Below, one piece after another: positions 19,016 through 29,471 of a stretch of DNA of 31,811 bases. The position numbers and the translations under genes are program-made. The notes under the pieces were generated by a model. It saw nothing but the letters and a program-made list of their open reading frames with translations, was not told the origin of the DNA and ran no database searches. The stretch spans positions 1 to 31,811 of the forward strand of contig JAFXMI010000019.1 of assembly GCA_017530505.1 (NCBI GenBank). Direction: 5' to 3'. The stretch is from Clostridia bacterium (GTDB lineage Bacteria; Bacillota; Clostridia; TANB77; CAG-508). Positions within the stretch are counted from its first letter, which is position 1, and each line of letters begins with the position of its first letter.

Positions 19016-20377
19016 TTAATTTGAATCTCGTATAATGTTTTTCACACTTTCCACAATTAATTTTGTATTTGATTCACTTGTTCCTTCTTTTATTTCTTTT
19101 TCTATTTTATTATAAGCGTGCATAACTGTTGTATGATCTCTTCCTCCAAATTCTGCACCTATCTTAGGAAATGACATTTGAGCAATACTTCTACATAAAT
19201 ACATTGCAATTTGTCTAGGATATGTAATATCATTAGACTTTTTATTAGAAATTAAGTCATTTTTATTTATATTAAAGTATTTTGCAACAATTTCTTGAAT
19301 ATAGTCGGCAGAAATAACTTTTTCTTTTTGTTTCACATAGTCATTTAAAGCTTTTTCAACTATCTCAATTGTTATAGAACTATGAGTTAAATTAGCGTAA
19401 GCGACAATTTTATTCAAAGAACCTTCTAATTCTCTAATATTAGAATCAATTCTAGTTGCAATTATTGATAGTATATAGTCATCTACAATTATATTTTCAA
19501 GTTCTATTTTTCTTCTTAAAATTGCCAAACGTGTTTCATAGTCTGGAACAGAAACATCAGCTAAAATTCCCCATTCAAACCTTGATTTTAGTCTTTCTTC
19601 TAAAAGAGGTATATCTCTTGGAGGCTTATCGCTGGAAATAATAATTTGTTTTCCATTTTGATGTAAATCGTTAAATGTATGGAAAAATTCTTCTTGACCT
19701 GTTTTCTTTCCCGCAATAAATTGAATATCATCTATTAATAAAACATCAATATCTCTATATTTTTTTCTAAAAGCATCGTTTTTTACAGAAGGATCTTTTA
19801 TATGATTAACTAAATCATTTATAAAGGTTTCAGAAGTAACATACAATATTTTAAGAGTTGGGTTATTTTTTATTATATGATTTCCAATAGCATGCATTAG
19901 GTGTGTTTTACCAAGTCCTACGCCACCATATATGTATAAAGGATTATAGGCTTTAGCTGGTGCTTCTGCTACTGCAAAAGCAGCAGCTTGTGCAAATTTA
20001 TTGTTATTACCAATTACAAAGGTATCAAAAGTATACTTTGGATTTAAAAAACTTTTACTATAGTTTTCTGTTCTAGAATAACTATAATCATTTTCTTCTG
20101 TTTCAGAAATATAATTTGAATTATCTTCACTTTTAGTAATAATTGAGACATTACATTGTTTATTTGTTATAAAATTAAAAGTTGTAACTATTAGGTCGTA
20201 TAACCTAGAATATATAGCGTCTTTTTGCATATTAGATGAAGCAACAAGGATTATATTATTATCGTTAACAGATTCAATTTCTAGGCTTTTAATCCATGTA
20301 ATATATGAGATTGTTGTCATTTCATTTTTTAAAAGATCTTTAGCTTTATTTAGTAAATCGTTTTTATTAGTATACAT
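19016..20377 (-). CDS. dnaA: Chromosomal replication initiator DnaA
   Basis: 453 aa with AAA+ Walker A GGVGLGKTHL, Walker B LLIDDIQF and a C-terminal DNA-binding domain (...GGRDHTTVMHA). Confidence 0.97.
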   Translation of the reverse strand: MYTNKNDLLNKAKDLLKNEMTTISYITWIKSLEIESVNDNNIILVASSNMQKDAIYSRLYDLIVTTFNFITNKQCNVSIITKSEDNSNYISETEENDYSYSRTENYSKSFLNPKYTFDTFVIGNNNKFAQAAAFAVAEAPAKAYNPLYIYGGVGLGKTHLMHAIGNHIIKNNPTLKILYVTSETFINDLVNHIKDPSVKNDAFRKKYRDIDVLLIDDIQFIAGKKTGQEEFFHTFNDLHQNGKQIIISSDKPPRDIPLLEERLKSRFEWGILADVSVPDYETRLAILRRKIELENIIVDDYILSIIATRIDSNIRELEGSLNKIVAYANLTHSSITIEIVEKALNDYVKQKEKVISADYIQEIVAKYFNINKNDLISNKKSNDITYPRQIAMYLCRSIAQMSFPKIGAEFGGRDHTTVMHAYNKIEKEIKEGTSESNTKLIVESVKNIIRDSN

Positions 20378-20410
20378 TACTTTTAATCCTTTCGAATATA
20401 TTTGTAAAAA

Positions 20411-20438
20411 ATATATTTTTAATTATATATTTTTAATT
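20411..20438. repeat. Perfect tandem duplication of an AT-only 14-mer in the dnaA/rpmH divergent spacer
   Basis: atatatttttaatt occurs twice, at 20411-20424 and 20425-20438. Confidence 0.6.
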
Positions 20439-20581
20439 ATAATTTTAAAAATACAATGAAAATTGTAATTCCGTAATAATATTTGTATCCTAATAATATC
20501 AAAGAAATTTCTAAATATCAAGTTATTTTGAAATTTTTTATTCTTTATATTTATAAAAAAATATGAAGTTTCGCAAATTAC

Positions 20582-20611
20582 TTGACTTTTTATAGTTTTT
20601 TGTAGTATAAT
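20582..20611 (+). promoter_or_regulatory. rpmH promoter candidate
   Basis: TTGACT (20582-87), an 18-nt spacer, then TATAAT (20606-11). Confidence 0.5.
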
Positions 20612-20652
20612 TTTTATGTTTTAATAATCATAAAATTTAGGGAGGTACTAAT

Positions 20653-20787
20653 ATGAAAAGAACATTTCAACCAAAAAAAAGACAAAAAAGTAAAGTACAT
20701 GGTTTTAGAAAAAGAATGAAAAATAGAGCTGGAAGAAAAGTATTAAAATCTAGAAGAAATAAAGGAAGAAAAGTATTAAGTGCTTAG
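20653..20787 (+). CDS. rpmH: 50S ribosomal protein L34
   Basis: It is too short for the ORF track. The translation is [52 protein letters not shown] lies 7 nt upstream, and the gene sits in the canonical position before rnpA. Confidence 0.95.
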   Translation: MKRTFQPKKRQKSKVHGFRKRMKNRAGRKVLKSRRNKGRKVLSA

Positions 20788-20795
20788 TTTTAAGC

Positions 20796-20825
20796 AAGGA
20801 TGCATTTTTTTTGTATCCTTTTTTA
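20796..20825 (+). terminator. Hairpin plus T-run after rpmH (terminator or attenuator)
   Basis: aaggatgca (20796-804) pairs with tgtatcctt (20812-20), with one mismatch and a T-rich loop. It is followed by ttttt. Confidence 0.45.
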
Positions 20826-20868
20826 GAAATTTCTTTTTAAAATTAATTAAAAGGAAATAGGGGAAAAT

Positions 20869-21216
20869 ATGAAAAATACTATAATGATAAAAAAAAACTA
20901 TGAATTTAAAATTTTTTTTTCAAGAGGAAAATTCTTTTATGGAGATACAATCAATATGTATATACATAGGACGAAAACCTCTTTAAATAAACTTGGAATA
21001 GCGGTTTCTAAAAAACAGGGAAATTCGGTAACAAGGAATAGAATAAAGAGACTTATTAGGGAAAATTATAAGAATTTTGAAGATAAAATAGGAATTGGCA
21101 ATAACATAATAGTTTTAGTTGGAAAAAATAAAAACTCAAAAATAATTAATTATTATGATATAGAAAATGATTTTAAAAAAATATTTTTAAAAGCAGGAAT
21201 TTTAAAAAATGATTAA
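20869..21216 (+). CDS. rnpA: RNase P protein component
   Basis: 115 aa with the basic KKQGNSVTRNRIKRLIRE motif, in the position after rpmH. Confidence 0.9.
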   Translation: MKNTIMIKKNYEFKIFFSRGKFFYGDTINMYIHRTKTSLNKLGIAVSKKQGNSVTRNRIKRLIRENYKNFEDKIGIGNNIIVLVGKNKNSKIINYYDIENDFKKIFLKAGILKND

Positions 21217-21430
21217 AAAAATATTGATTAATCTTATAAAATTCTATAAGAAATTTTTTTCACCTTGTTTAGGATTTATAGGTATTCACTGTAAATATTA
21301 TCCAACTTGTTCAGAATATACAATGCAGGCAATAGAAAAATATGGCTCCGTAAAAGGGATATTTTTAGGAATTAAAAGAATATTAAGGTGTAATCCTTTT
21401 TCTAAAGGAGGATATAATCCGCTAGAATAA
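21209..21430 (+). CDS. yidD: Membrane protein insertion efficiency factor YidD
   Basis: 73 aa with the conserved CKYYPTCSEYTMQAIEKYG...RILRCNPFSKGGYNP. Confidence 0.9.
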   Translation: MIKKILINLIKFYKKFFSPCLGFIGIHCKYYPTCSEYTMQAIEKYGSVKGIFLGIKRILRCNPFSKGGYNPLE

Positions 21431-21441
21431 AAGGAGGGAAT

Positions 21442-22275
21442 ATGTTTAATTTTTTTGCTAATTTATTTGGTTATATATTAAATTATATTTATAATATTGT
21501 TCAAAACTATGGGCTGGCTATTATAATTTTTACAATCTTATTAAAAATTTTTATGCTACCAATTAGTATTAATCAGCAAAAAACAATAAAAAAGTCTGCT
21601 AAATTACAAGTAAAAGTTAAAGAAATACAAAATAAATATTCCAATGATCAGGTAAGACAGAGTCAGGAATTAATGGATTTGTATAAAAGAGAGAAAATGA
21701 GTCCTTTTAGTGGATGCCTAAGTTCAATTGTTCAATTTATAATTATTATTTCAATTTTTTATTTAGTTAGTAGACCGTTAACATATATGATTCATTTCAA
21801 TCAAGATATTTTAAACAAATATGTAAAAGAAATTAGTGAAAATGGTGAACAAAGAGTTAATTATACTGAAATTGCCGTTATTCGAGAAAAGGGAAACGAG
21901 GATAAACGTGTAGCTTTAAATATGGATTTTTTAGGACTTGACTTAAGTTCTATACCTAGTCAAAATTATTCAGATTGGAAAGTATTTATTATTCCTGTTC
22001 TTTATGTAATTACATCTTTTGTTTCAATGAAAATAACTACAAATATGCAAAAAAAAGAAAATGAAGTAAAAGCTCAAATAGATAATAAAGAAAAAAGTGA
22101 AGAAGAGCAAACAATGGCTGAAATGAGTAAAAGCATGACTTATATGATGCCAGCTATGGCGGTAAGTATTTCTCTTATTGCACCTCTTGGATTAGCTTTA
22201 TATTGGCTAGTAAGTAATTTATTAATGATAGCAGAAAGATTTGTAATTAATAAATTTGTAAAAGAAGAAGAATAA
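21442..22275 (+). CDS. yidC: YidC/Oxa1/SpoIIIJ-family membrane insertase
   Basis: 277 aa and polytopic, with the LPISINQQKT...MDLYKREKMSPFSGCL motif and a basic/acidic C-tail. Synteny supports the call. Confidence 0.9.
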   Translation: MFNFFANLFGYILNYIYNIVQNYGLAIIIFTILLKIFMLPISINQQKTIKKSAKLQVKVKEIQNKYSNDQVRQSQELMDLYKREKMSPFSGCLSSIVQFIIIISIFYLVSRPLTYMIHFNQDILNKYVKEISENGEQRVNYTEIAVIREKGNEDKRVALNMDFLGLDLSSIPSQNYSDWKVFIIPVLYVITSFVSMKITTNMQKKENEVKAQIDNKEKSEEEQTMAEMSKSMTYMMPAMAVSISLIAPLGLALYWLVSNLLMIAERFVINKFVKEEE

Positions 22276-22324
22276 AATATAATAGTATTTTATTATAATA
22301 AAAAATAGAAAGGATAGACTAAAA

Positions 22325-23023
22325 ATGGAAAAAACGTATATTTTTGAAGGTAGAACTACAAATGAAGCTATTGAAAAAGGTTTAAAAGAATTGAAAGTTT
22401 CTAAAAGTATGGTAGATATAAAAGTTTTAGAATTAGAAGAAAAGAGAAGTTTTTTTAGTATTTTAACTCCTAGAGTTGTAAAAGTTGAAATGAAATTAAA
22501 AGATAATTATAAAAAGAGTGAGCAAGGTATTAAAAATAATGAAAACAGAAAAAAGATTTCTTATAATTTAGAAGATGTAAAAAAGATGGTTGAAGATTTT
22601 TTAAAAGAATTTATTGAAAAACTACCTTGTAAAAACTTAGAATATTCTGCTAAAATTGTTGATGATGGAATTTTAATAAATATTGATGGAGAAGAGGCTG
22701 GATTCTTGATAGGATATAGGGGAGAGGTAATGAACAGTATTCAAACTGTTATTACTAATATAATAAATAAGAATCTAAAAGAAAGAGTTAGAATAATGCT
22801 TAATATAGCTGGATATAGAGAAAAGAGAAAAAAGGAGCTTGAAAATTTAGCATTAAGACTTGCAGCTACTGTAATTAAAACTGAAAGAAAAATAGTATTA
22901 GAACCTATGATGGCTTACGAGAGAAAAATAATTCATGCAAAATTACAAGAAAATGATAAGATAAAAACTTATAGTATTGGGGAAGAACCAAATAGAAAAG
23001 TTGTTGTTACATTAAATAAATAG
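22325..23023 (+). CDS. jag: Jag/KhpB RNA-binding protein (Jag_N, KH and R3H domains)
   Basis: 232 aa with KH-like GYRGEVMNSIQ and R3H-like EPMMAYERKIIHAKLQ. Synteny with yidC supports the call. Confidence 0.88.
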   Translation: MEKTYIFEGRTTNEAIEKGLKELKVSKSMVDIKVLELEEKRSFFSILTPRVVKVEMKLKDNYKKSEQGIKNNENRKKISYNLEDVKKMVEDFLKEFIEKLPCKNLEYSAKIVDDGILINIDGEEAGFLIGYRGEVMNSIQTVITNIINKNLKERVRIMLNIAGYREKRKKELENLALRLAATVIKTERKIVLEPMMAYERKIIHAKLQENDKIKTYSIGEEPNRKVVVTLNK

Positions 23024-23034
23024 GTTAAATCTGA

Positions 23035-23075
23035 AGTCAAAGTGAGGATTGAAAATAAACATACTCATTTTGACT
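23035..23075 (+). terminator. Rho-independent terminator after jag
   Basis: A 12-bp stem pairs agtcaaagtgag (23035-46) with ctcattttgact (23064-75), including one G.U pair. It is followed by ttattttat. Confidence 0.55.
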
Positions 23076-23112
23076 TTATTTTATAGTTTGAAATATATTA
23101 AAGAGGTATATA

Positions 23113-24477
23113 ATGAGTACAATTTGTGCAATTTCTACTGCACCAGGAATTGGTGGAATAGGTATTATTAGAATAAGTGGTAAAGAAAGTTTTAAAATTA
23201 TAGATAAAATATTTAAAGCAAAAAATAAAGACAAAAGCAAAATAAAGGGATATACAATTAAATATGGAAAAATTATTAATTCTAATGGAGAAATAATTGA
23301 TGAGGTTTTAGTGTCTTTTTTTAAATCTCCTAAAAGTTATACTACTGAAGATATGTGTGAAATAAATTCTCATGGCGGGATTGTTGTTATGAATAAGATT
23401 TTAGAAGCGTGCTTAAATGCTGGTGCTGAACTTGCTGAAGCTGGTGAATTTACCAAAAGAGCCTTTTTAAATGGCAGAATTGATTTATCTCAAGCAGAAG
23501 CTGTAATAGATATTATAAATAGCAAAACAGATAAAGAAGCTAAAATGTCTTTAGAACAATTAAATGGGAATCTTTCAAATAAAATTCAAGAAATTAGGGG
23601 AAAAATTATTTCTATAATTGCTGATATAGAAGTAACTATCGATTATCCTGAATATGATGTTGAAGAAGTTACTAATTCAAGAATTTTAGGTAATTTATAT
23701 GAAATTGAAATTATACTAAATAATTTAACAAAATCTTTTGATAATGGTAAAATATTAAGAGATGGAATAAAAACAGCAATAATAGGCAGACCAAATTCAG
23801 GAAAATCATCTTTACTAAATGTTATATTAAATGAAGAAAGAGCTATAGTTACAGATGTTGAGGGAACTACAAGAGATACAATTGAAGAGTATATTCAAAT
23901 AGACGGTGTTCCTCTAAAACTTATTGATACTGCTGGAATTAGAGATGCAAAAGATGAAGTTGAAAAAATTGGAATTGAAAAGGCTTCTCAAATTACAAAA
24001 GAAAGTGATATTATAATTGCAATTTTTGATATAACAAGAAACTTTAATGAAGAAGATGATACTATAATTGAATTAATAAAAGATAAAAATTCAATTATAG
24101 TTTTAAATAAAATAGATTTAAATGGAGATAAAAATTTTAGTAAATTGAAAAATTTAAATAAACCAATTATTAGAATATCTACAAAAACAAGAGAAGGAAT
24201 TGATAATTTATATAATGAAATTTCTAAAATGTATAAATTAGATAAAATTTCAAGTAGTGGAGAAATAATTGTTAGTAATAATAGACATAAACAAATAATA
24301 AATAATGCTATTAATAATTTGCAAGAGGCAAAAAATACTATTCAAAATAATATGCCAATAGATATTATTTCTAGTTATTTAAAAGAAATTTTAGTAGAAC
24401 TTGGAAAAATTACTGGAGAAACAGTTACAGAAGATGTTATAAAAGAGATTTTTTCAAAATTTTGTTTAGGAAAATAA
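23113..24477 (+). CDS. mnmE: tRNA modification GTPase MnmE
   Basis: 454 aa with G-domain motifs GRPNSGKSSLLN and DTAGIR and the C-terminal CLGK. Confidence 0.95.
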   Translation: MSTICAISTAPGIGGIGIIRISGKESFKIIDKIFKAKNKDKSKIKGYTIKYGKIINSNGEIIDEVLVSFFKSPKSYTTEDMCEINSHGGIVVMNKILEACLNAGAELAEAGEFTKRAFLNGRIDLSQAEAVIDIINSKTDKEAKMSLEQLNGNLSNKIQEIRGKIISIIADIEVTIDYPEYDVEEVTNSRILGNLYEIEIILNNLTKSFDNGKILRDGIKTAIIGRPNSGKSSLLNVILNEERAIVTDVEGTTRDTIEEYIQIDGVPLKLIDTAGIRDAKDEVEKIGIEKASQITKESDIIIAIFDITRNFNEEDDTIIELIKDKNSIIVLNKIDLNGDKNFSKLKNLNKPIIRISTKTREGIDNLYNEISKMYKLDKISSSGEIIVSNNRHKQIINNAINNLQEAKNTIQNNMPIDIISSYLKEILVELGKITGETVTEDVIKEIFSKFCLGK

Positions 24478-24654
24478 TATATAAAAAAAGAATTGTAAAT
24501 GTATCTTTTAAAAATATAAAAAAGATGAAAATAAAAAATAAGACGTTTTTTTAATTTAGAAGACAAATTATTCAATGAAAAGTAAAAAAAACTTTATACT
24601 TAATTATAATGTAATAACAAAACAAATGTTTTGCAAAGAAAGAGGATTTTAAAA

Positions 24655-26532
24655 ATGGGATTTAATGCAGGAAAATATGATATAGCAGTAATTGGTGCTG
24701 GACATGCAGGATGTGAAGCTGCTTTAGCAGCGGCTAGACTTGGAATGAAGACTTTAATTTTTTCAATTAGTTTGGAGGCAGTTGCAAATATGCCGTGTAA
24801 TCCACACATAGGTGGTTCTTCAAAAGGACATTTAGTAAGAGAAATAGATGCTTTAGGTGGCGAAATGGGAAAAAACATTGATAAAACTATGATTCAGCTC
24901 AGAATGCTAAATACTTCAAAAGGACCAGCAGTTCATTCACTTAGAGCTCAAGCAGATAGAAAAAGATATCAAATGGAAATGAAACATACTTTAGAAAAAC
25001 AAGAAAATTTATTTTTAAAACAAGCAGAAATTGTTGATATTGGGGTTGAAGATGGAAAAATAAAAAGTGTAACAACACATTTAGGTGCGATTTATGAGGT
25101 AGACAGTGTAATATTAGCTACAGGAACTTATTTAAAAGGAAAAATTTTTATAGGTGACAATTCTTATGAAAGTGGACCTGATGGAGTTTTTCCTGCAAAT
25201 AGATTATCAGATGCACTTAAAAATTTAAATATTGAACTTCAAAGATTTAAAACAGGAACACCTGCTAGAATTAATAAGAAAAGTATAGATTTTTCAAAAA
25301 TGCAAATTCAAAATGGTGATGAGAATATTGAAGCTTTTTCTTTTGAAAATCCTATTCCAAATTTTGAACAAGTACCTTGTTGGTTAACTTATACGAATGA
25401 AAAAACACATCAAATAATTCGTGATAATTTACACAGATCTCCATTATATGCTGGAATGATTGAAGGAACGGGCCCTAGATATTGTCCTTCAATAGAAGAT
25501 AAGGTTGTTCGATTTGCTGATAAAGATCGTCATCAAATTTTTGTTGAGCCTATTGGTATAGATACTGATGAAATGTATATTCAAGGTATGAGTTCCTCAC
25601 TTCCAGAAGATGTGCAAATTGCTATGTATAGAACACTTCCAGGTCTTGAAAATGCTGAATTTACAAGACCTGCTTATGCTATTGAATATGATGCTATAGA
25701 ACCATCTCAGTTAAAAAGTTCTTTAGAATCAAAAAATATATCAGGATTATTTTTTGCAGGACAGATTAATGGTACTTCAGGATATGAGGAAGCTGCGGCT
25801 CAGGGAATAATTGCTGGAATTAATGCTGTTCACAAGTTAAAGAATATAGAACCTCTAATATTGGATCGAAGTCAAGCTTATATAGGTGTTTTAATTGATG
25901 ATATTGTTATTAAAAGTACAGCTGAACCATATAGAATGATGACATCAAGGGCTGAATATAGACTTCTGCTAAGACAAGATAATGCTGATTTAAGATTAAC
26001 TGAAATAGGGCATAGTTTAGGGTTAATATCTGAGGATAGATATAGAAAATTTTTGGAAAAGAAGCAAAATATTGTAAAAGAAATACAGAGATTAAAAGAT
26101 ACTAATATTAAACCAAGTGAAAAAATAAATAAATTTCTTGTTTCACGTGGAACATCTGAAATTAATTGTGGAATAAAATTGTCTGAGTTGCTTAAAAGAA
26201 CGGAAATATCATATGATGATTTAAAAGAAATTGATGAAAATAAAATTGATTTAGATAATTCTGTAAAAAATGAAGTTGAAATAATGATTAAATATGAAGG
26301 TTATATAGAAATGCAGAAGAGACAAGTTGAAAGTTTCAAAAAAAACGAGAAAAAAATATTGCCATCTGACATAGATTATAATAATATAAAGGGAATAAGA
26401 CTTGAAGCACGACAAAAATTAAATAAATATAAACCTTATTCAATTGGACAAGCTTCAAGAATATCTGGTGTATCTCCTGCTGATATTTCTGTTCTTCTAA
26501 TATATTTAGAACAATTGAAAAAAGGAAAATAA
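24655..26532 (+). CDS. mnmG: tRNA uridine 5-carboxymethylaminomethyl modification enzyme MnmG
   Basis: It has the FAD-binding motif [16 protein letters not shown] prefer ATG 24655 (RBS AGAGGA 8 nt upstream) to the track's TTG 24631. Confidence 0.95.
   Translation: MGFNAGKYDIAVIGAGHAGCEAALAAARLGMKTLIFSISLEAVANMPCNPHIGGSSKGHLVREIDALGGEMGKNIDKTMIQLRMLNTSKGPAVHSLRAQADRKRYQMEMKHTLEKQENLFLKQAEIVDIGVEDGKIKSVTTHLGAIYEVDSVILATGTYLKGKIFIGDNSYESGPDGVFPANRLSDALKNLNIELQRFKTGTPARINKKSIDFSKMQIQNGDENIEAFSFENPIPNFEQVPCWLTYTNEKTHQIIRDNLHRSPLYAGMIEGTGPRYCPSIEDKVVRFADKDRHQIFVEPIGIDTDEMYIQGMSSSLPEDVQIAMYRTLPGLENAEFTRPAYAIEYDAIEPSQLKSSLESKNISGLFFAGQINGTSGYEEAAAQGIIAGINAVHKLKNIEPLILDRSQAYIGVLIDDIVIKSTAEPYRMMTSRAEYRLLLRQDNADLRLTEIGHSLGLISEDRYRKFLEKKQNIVKEIQRLKDTNIKPSEKINKFLVSRGTSEINCGIKLSELLKRTEISYDDLKEIDENKIDLDNSVKNEVEIMIKYEGYIEMQKRQVESFKKNEKKILPSDIDYNNIKGIRLEARQKLNKYKPYSIGQASRISGVSPADISVLLIYLEQLKKGK
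26139..26154. promoter_or_regulatory. parS site, a perfect match to the Firmicute consensus, inside mnmG
   Basis: TGTTTCACGTGGAACA is the reverse complement of TGTTCCACGTGAAACA. Confidence 0.8.
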
Positions 26533-26698
26533 TTATAATAAAAATTACTATTTTTAGATATTGAACTAAAAATAATTATTTTTATTATTTGAATCAAATT
26601 AAATTATATATAAAAATTTACTGTAAATTAAAACGTTACTAAAATTATATTTTATTTTTTTAATAATAGTAAATATATATAAAAAAGGAACATATAAA

Positions 26699-27418
26699 AT
26701 GGATATTAAAGAATTTGAGCAAATATTTAATAATGAGCTTTTAAAAAATAATATAAAATTAAATACTTTTGACTATGAGAAGATGTTTTATTATATGAAT
26801 AGTATTATTGAGTATAACAAAAAAATAAATTTAACTTCTATTACGGATAGGAAAATGTTCCTCGTGAAACATTTAATAGATTCTCTTACAATAAATAGGT
26901 TTGTAGCTTCTGGTAAAAACCTTATAGACATAGGAACAGGTGCTGGATTTCCTGGAATACCATTAAAAATTGCAAATCCAAATTTGGAGGTTACCTTAAT
27001 AGATAGTATTAATAAAAAATTAGAAGTAATAAGAAGTATTATAAATAATATGTATATAGGAAAAATAGATATAATACATTCTAGAGCAGAAGATTTAGGA
27101 ATTAATAAGGAATATAGAGAAAAATTTGATTTTGCTACAACAAGGGCTGTTGCCAAATTAAACATAATTGTTGAATATATGCTTCCATTCATTAAAATTG
27201 GAGGAAAAGCGATTTGTATGAAGGGACCAAACATTACTGAAGAACTAAAAGAAGCAGAAAAAGCAATAAAAATATTAGGTGGGAAGATAGAAAAAGTTGA
27301 AAAAATAAATTTAGATAATGAATATGAAAGAAGTATTGTAATCATTTTAAAAGAAAAAACAACTCCAATTCAATATCCAAGAAGAAATGGTAGACCTCTA
27401 AAAGAGCCAATTATTTAA
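26699..27418 (+). CDS. rsmG: 16S rRNA (guanine527-N7)-methyltransferase RsmG
   Basis: 239 aa with SAM-binding DIGTGAGFPGIPL. Synteny after mnmG supports the call. Confidence 0.93.
   Translation: MDIKEFEQIFNNELLKNNIKLNTFDYEKMFYYMNSIIEYNKKINLTSITDRKMFLVKHLIDSLTINRFVASGKNLIDIGTGAGFPGIPLKIANPNLEVTLIDSINKKLEVIRSIINNMYIGKIDIIHSRAEDLGINKEYREKFDFATTRAVAKLNIIVEYMLPFIKIGGKAICMKGPNITEELKEAEKAIKILGGKIEKVEKINLDNEYERSIVIILKEKTTPIQYPRRNGRPLKEPII
26866..26881. promoter_or_regulatory. parS-like site with one mismatch, inside rsmG
   Basis: TGTTCCTCGTGAAACA differs from the consensus TGTTCCACGTGAAACA at one position. Confidence 0.55.
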
Positions 27419-27688
27419 AAAATACAATTTGTAGATTATTTAATAAATTAGCTTTCAATAAAATTTTTTTGAAAAAGATATTAATAATGGGAAAATTTTA
27501 GATTTAAATAAATGTTATAGAAAAAGTTTATGGATTGACCTTTGAATGATAATATGAAAAATGTTTGAAATTCTTAAGAAGTTAATTTTGAACGTGTATT
27601 TGAAAAAATTTCAATTTTTGTTACATAAGAAAAAAGTATAAGAGGTCGTTAATTTTATCAATAAGCCAAAATTATATTTGGATTTTAG

Positions 27689-27728
27689 TTTTTTTATTAA
27701 AATAATAATAATTTTATATTGTTTTTTT
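27689..27728. repeat. 40-nt segment identical to 5065-5104
   Basis: Exact match. It lies immediately upstream of the soj -35 element. Confidence 0.8.
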
Positions 27729-27731
27729 ATA

Positions 27732-27760
27732 TTGACAGATTATAAAAAGTTTTATATGAT
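27732..27760 (+). promoter_or_regulatory. soj-spo0J promoter candidate
   Basis: TTGACA (27732-37), a 17-nt spacer, then TATGAT (27755-60). Confidence 0.5.
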
Positions 27761-27790
27761 AGATTAGAACTAAAAAAGGAGGAAAATACT

Positions 27791-28558
27791 TTGGGAAAAA
27801 TAATAGCAGTGGCGAATCAAAAAGGTGGTGTAGGGAAAACAACAACGGCAATTAATGTAAGTGCAATACTTGCTAAAAAAGGGAAAAAAGTAATGTTAAT
27901 TGATGGTGACCCTCAGGGAAATGCTACAAGTGGACTTGGAATTAACAAAGATGTTGTAACTTCTTTATATGATATTTTAATCGACGAAGTTGACATAAAA
28001 CAGGCATTGCAAGATACTACAATAAAAAATTTAAAAGTATGTCCTTCTAATGTAAATCTTGCAGGAGCAGAAGCTGAACTTGTTAATTTAATATCTAGAG
28101 AAAGAAGATTAAAGGAAAAATTAGATGAAGTTAAGGATGAATTTGACTTTATACTAATAGATTGTCCACCATCATTAGGCCTTGTAACTTTAAATATTTT
28201 TACTGCTGCAGATTCGGTATTAATACCGGTGCAGTGTGAGTATTATGCGCTAGAAGGATTAGGGCAACTTTTAAATACAATTAATTTAGTAAAGAAACAT
28301 TTGAATAAAAACTTGGTAATAGAGGGTGCTGTTCTTACTATGTATGATATTAGGACTAATTTATCAAATCAAGTTGTTAGGGAAGTTAAAAGATATTTTG
28401 ATGAAAAAGTATATAAAACTGTTATACCGAGAAATGTAAAGCTTAGTGAAGCACCAAGTTTTGGATTACCAATTTCTCTATATGATCCTGTTTCTAAAGG
28501 TGCAAGATGTTATGAAAAACTTACAAAGGAAATTATAAAAAATAATGAGAATAAATAA
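27791..28558 (+). CDS. soj: Chromosome partitioning ATPase ParA/Soj
   Basis: 255 aa with the deviant Walker A KGGVGKTT. TTG start with RBS AGGAGG 7 nt upstream. Confidence 0.93.
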   Translation: MGKIIAVANQKGGVGKTTTAINVSAILAKKGKKVMLIDGDPQGNATSGLGINKDVVTSLYDILIDEVDIKQALQDTTIKNLKVCPSNVNLAGAEAELVNLISRERRLKEKLDEVKDEFDFILIDCPPSLGLVTLNIFTAADSVLIPVQCEYYALEGLGQLLNTINLVKKHLNKNLVIEGAVLTMYDIRTNLSNQVVREVKRYFDEKVYKTVIPRNVKLSEAPSFGLPISLYDPVSKGARCYEKLTKEIIKNNENK

Positions 28559-28583
28559 GAAATAAAGAAAGGAAAAAAATAAA

Positions 28584-29423
28584 ATGGCTACAAAAAAAAC
28601 AGGTCTTGGCAGGGGATTAGATGCATTATTTGGAACACCACTATTAGATGATGAAAAATCAAATAATGAAATTGTAAGAAGTATAAATATAAACGAAATT
28701 GAACCTAATAAAAAGCAAGCTAGAAAAATTTTTGATGAAGAAGCATTAACTGAATTAGCTAATTCTATTAAAGAATATGGATTAATCCAACCAATAGTTG
28801 TAGCTAAAAAAGATAATTATTATGAAATTGTTGCAGGAGAAAGAAGATGGAGAGCTTCCAAAAAAGCTGGGCTTACTGAAATACCTGTAATTATAAAAGA
28901 AGATGATGAAAGAAGAAATAAAGAAATTTCCTTAATTGAAAATATTCAAAGAGAAGATTTAAATCCAGTTGAAAAGGCTAGAGGAATTAAACTGTTAATG
29001 GAAGAATATGATCTGACACAAGTAAGCGTAGCAGAAATATTAGGGAAAAGCAGAAGTAGTATAGCTAATACTGTTAGAATATTAAATTTAGATGAAAGAG
29101 TTATAGAATTAGCACTTCAGGGAAAACTAACAGAAGGTCATTGTAAAGCTTTAATGTCTATTCAGGATAATGAAAAACAATATAAAATGGCACTTCATAT
29201 AATTGAATCAGGAGATACTGTTAGAGAAATTGAAAGAAAGTCAAAAAATAGTAAAAGAATAAAAAAGGACAAATATGATGCAATTTATAGAGATATTGAA
29301 AATACTTTTCAAGATTTTTTTGGTACAAAAGTAAAATTAGATGCAGGAGCTAAAAAAGGAAAAATAATTATTCAATATACTTCAAATGATGATTTAGAAA
29401 GGATTTTGGGATTATTAAAATAA
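28584..29423 (+). CDS. spo0J: Chromosome partitioning protein ParB/Spo0J
   Basis: 279 aa with the ParB box IVAGERRWRASKKAG and an HTH (QVSVAEILGKSRSSIANTVR). Confidence 0.93.
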   Translation: MATKKTGLGRGLDALFGTPLLDDEKSNNEIVRSININEIEPNKKQARKIFDEEALTELANSIKEYGLIQPIVVAKKDNYYEIVAGERRWRASKKAGLTEIPVIIKEDDERRNKEISLIENIQREDLNPVEKARGIKLLMEEYDLTQVSVAEILGKSRSSIANTVRILNLDERVIELALQGKLTEGHCKALMSIQDNEKQYKMALHIIESGDTVREIERKSKNSKRIKKDKYDAIYRDIENTFQDFFGTKVKLDAGAKKGKIIIQYTSNDDLERILGLLK

Positions 29424-29471
29424 TATCTTCAATACAATGAAATTAAGCATTAAGAGAGGAATGAAATAAAA

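Noticed and set aside
24631-24654. An N-terminal extension of mnmG from TTG 24631 (MQRKRILK...)
   Set aside because: The conserved MnmG N-terminus begins at [19 protein letters not shown], and an RBS (AGAGGA) lies inside the extension 8 nt before ATG 24655.
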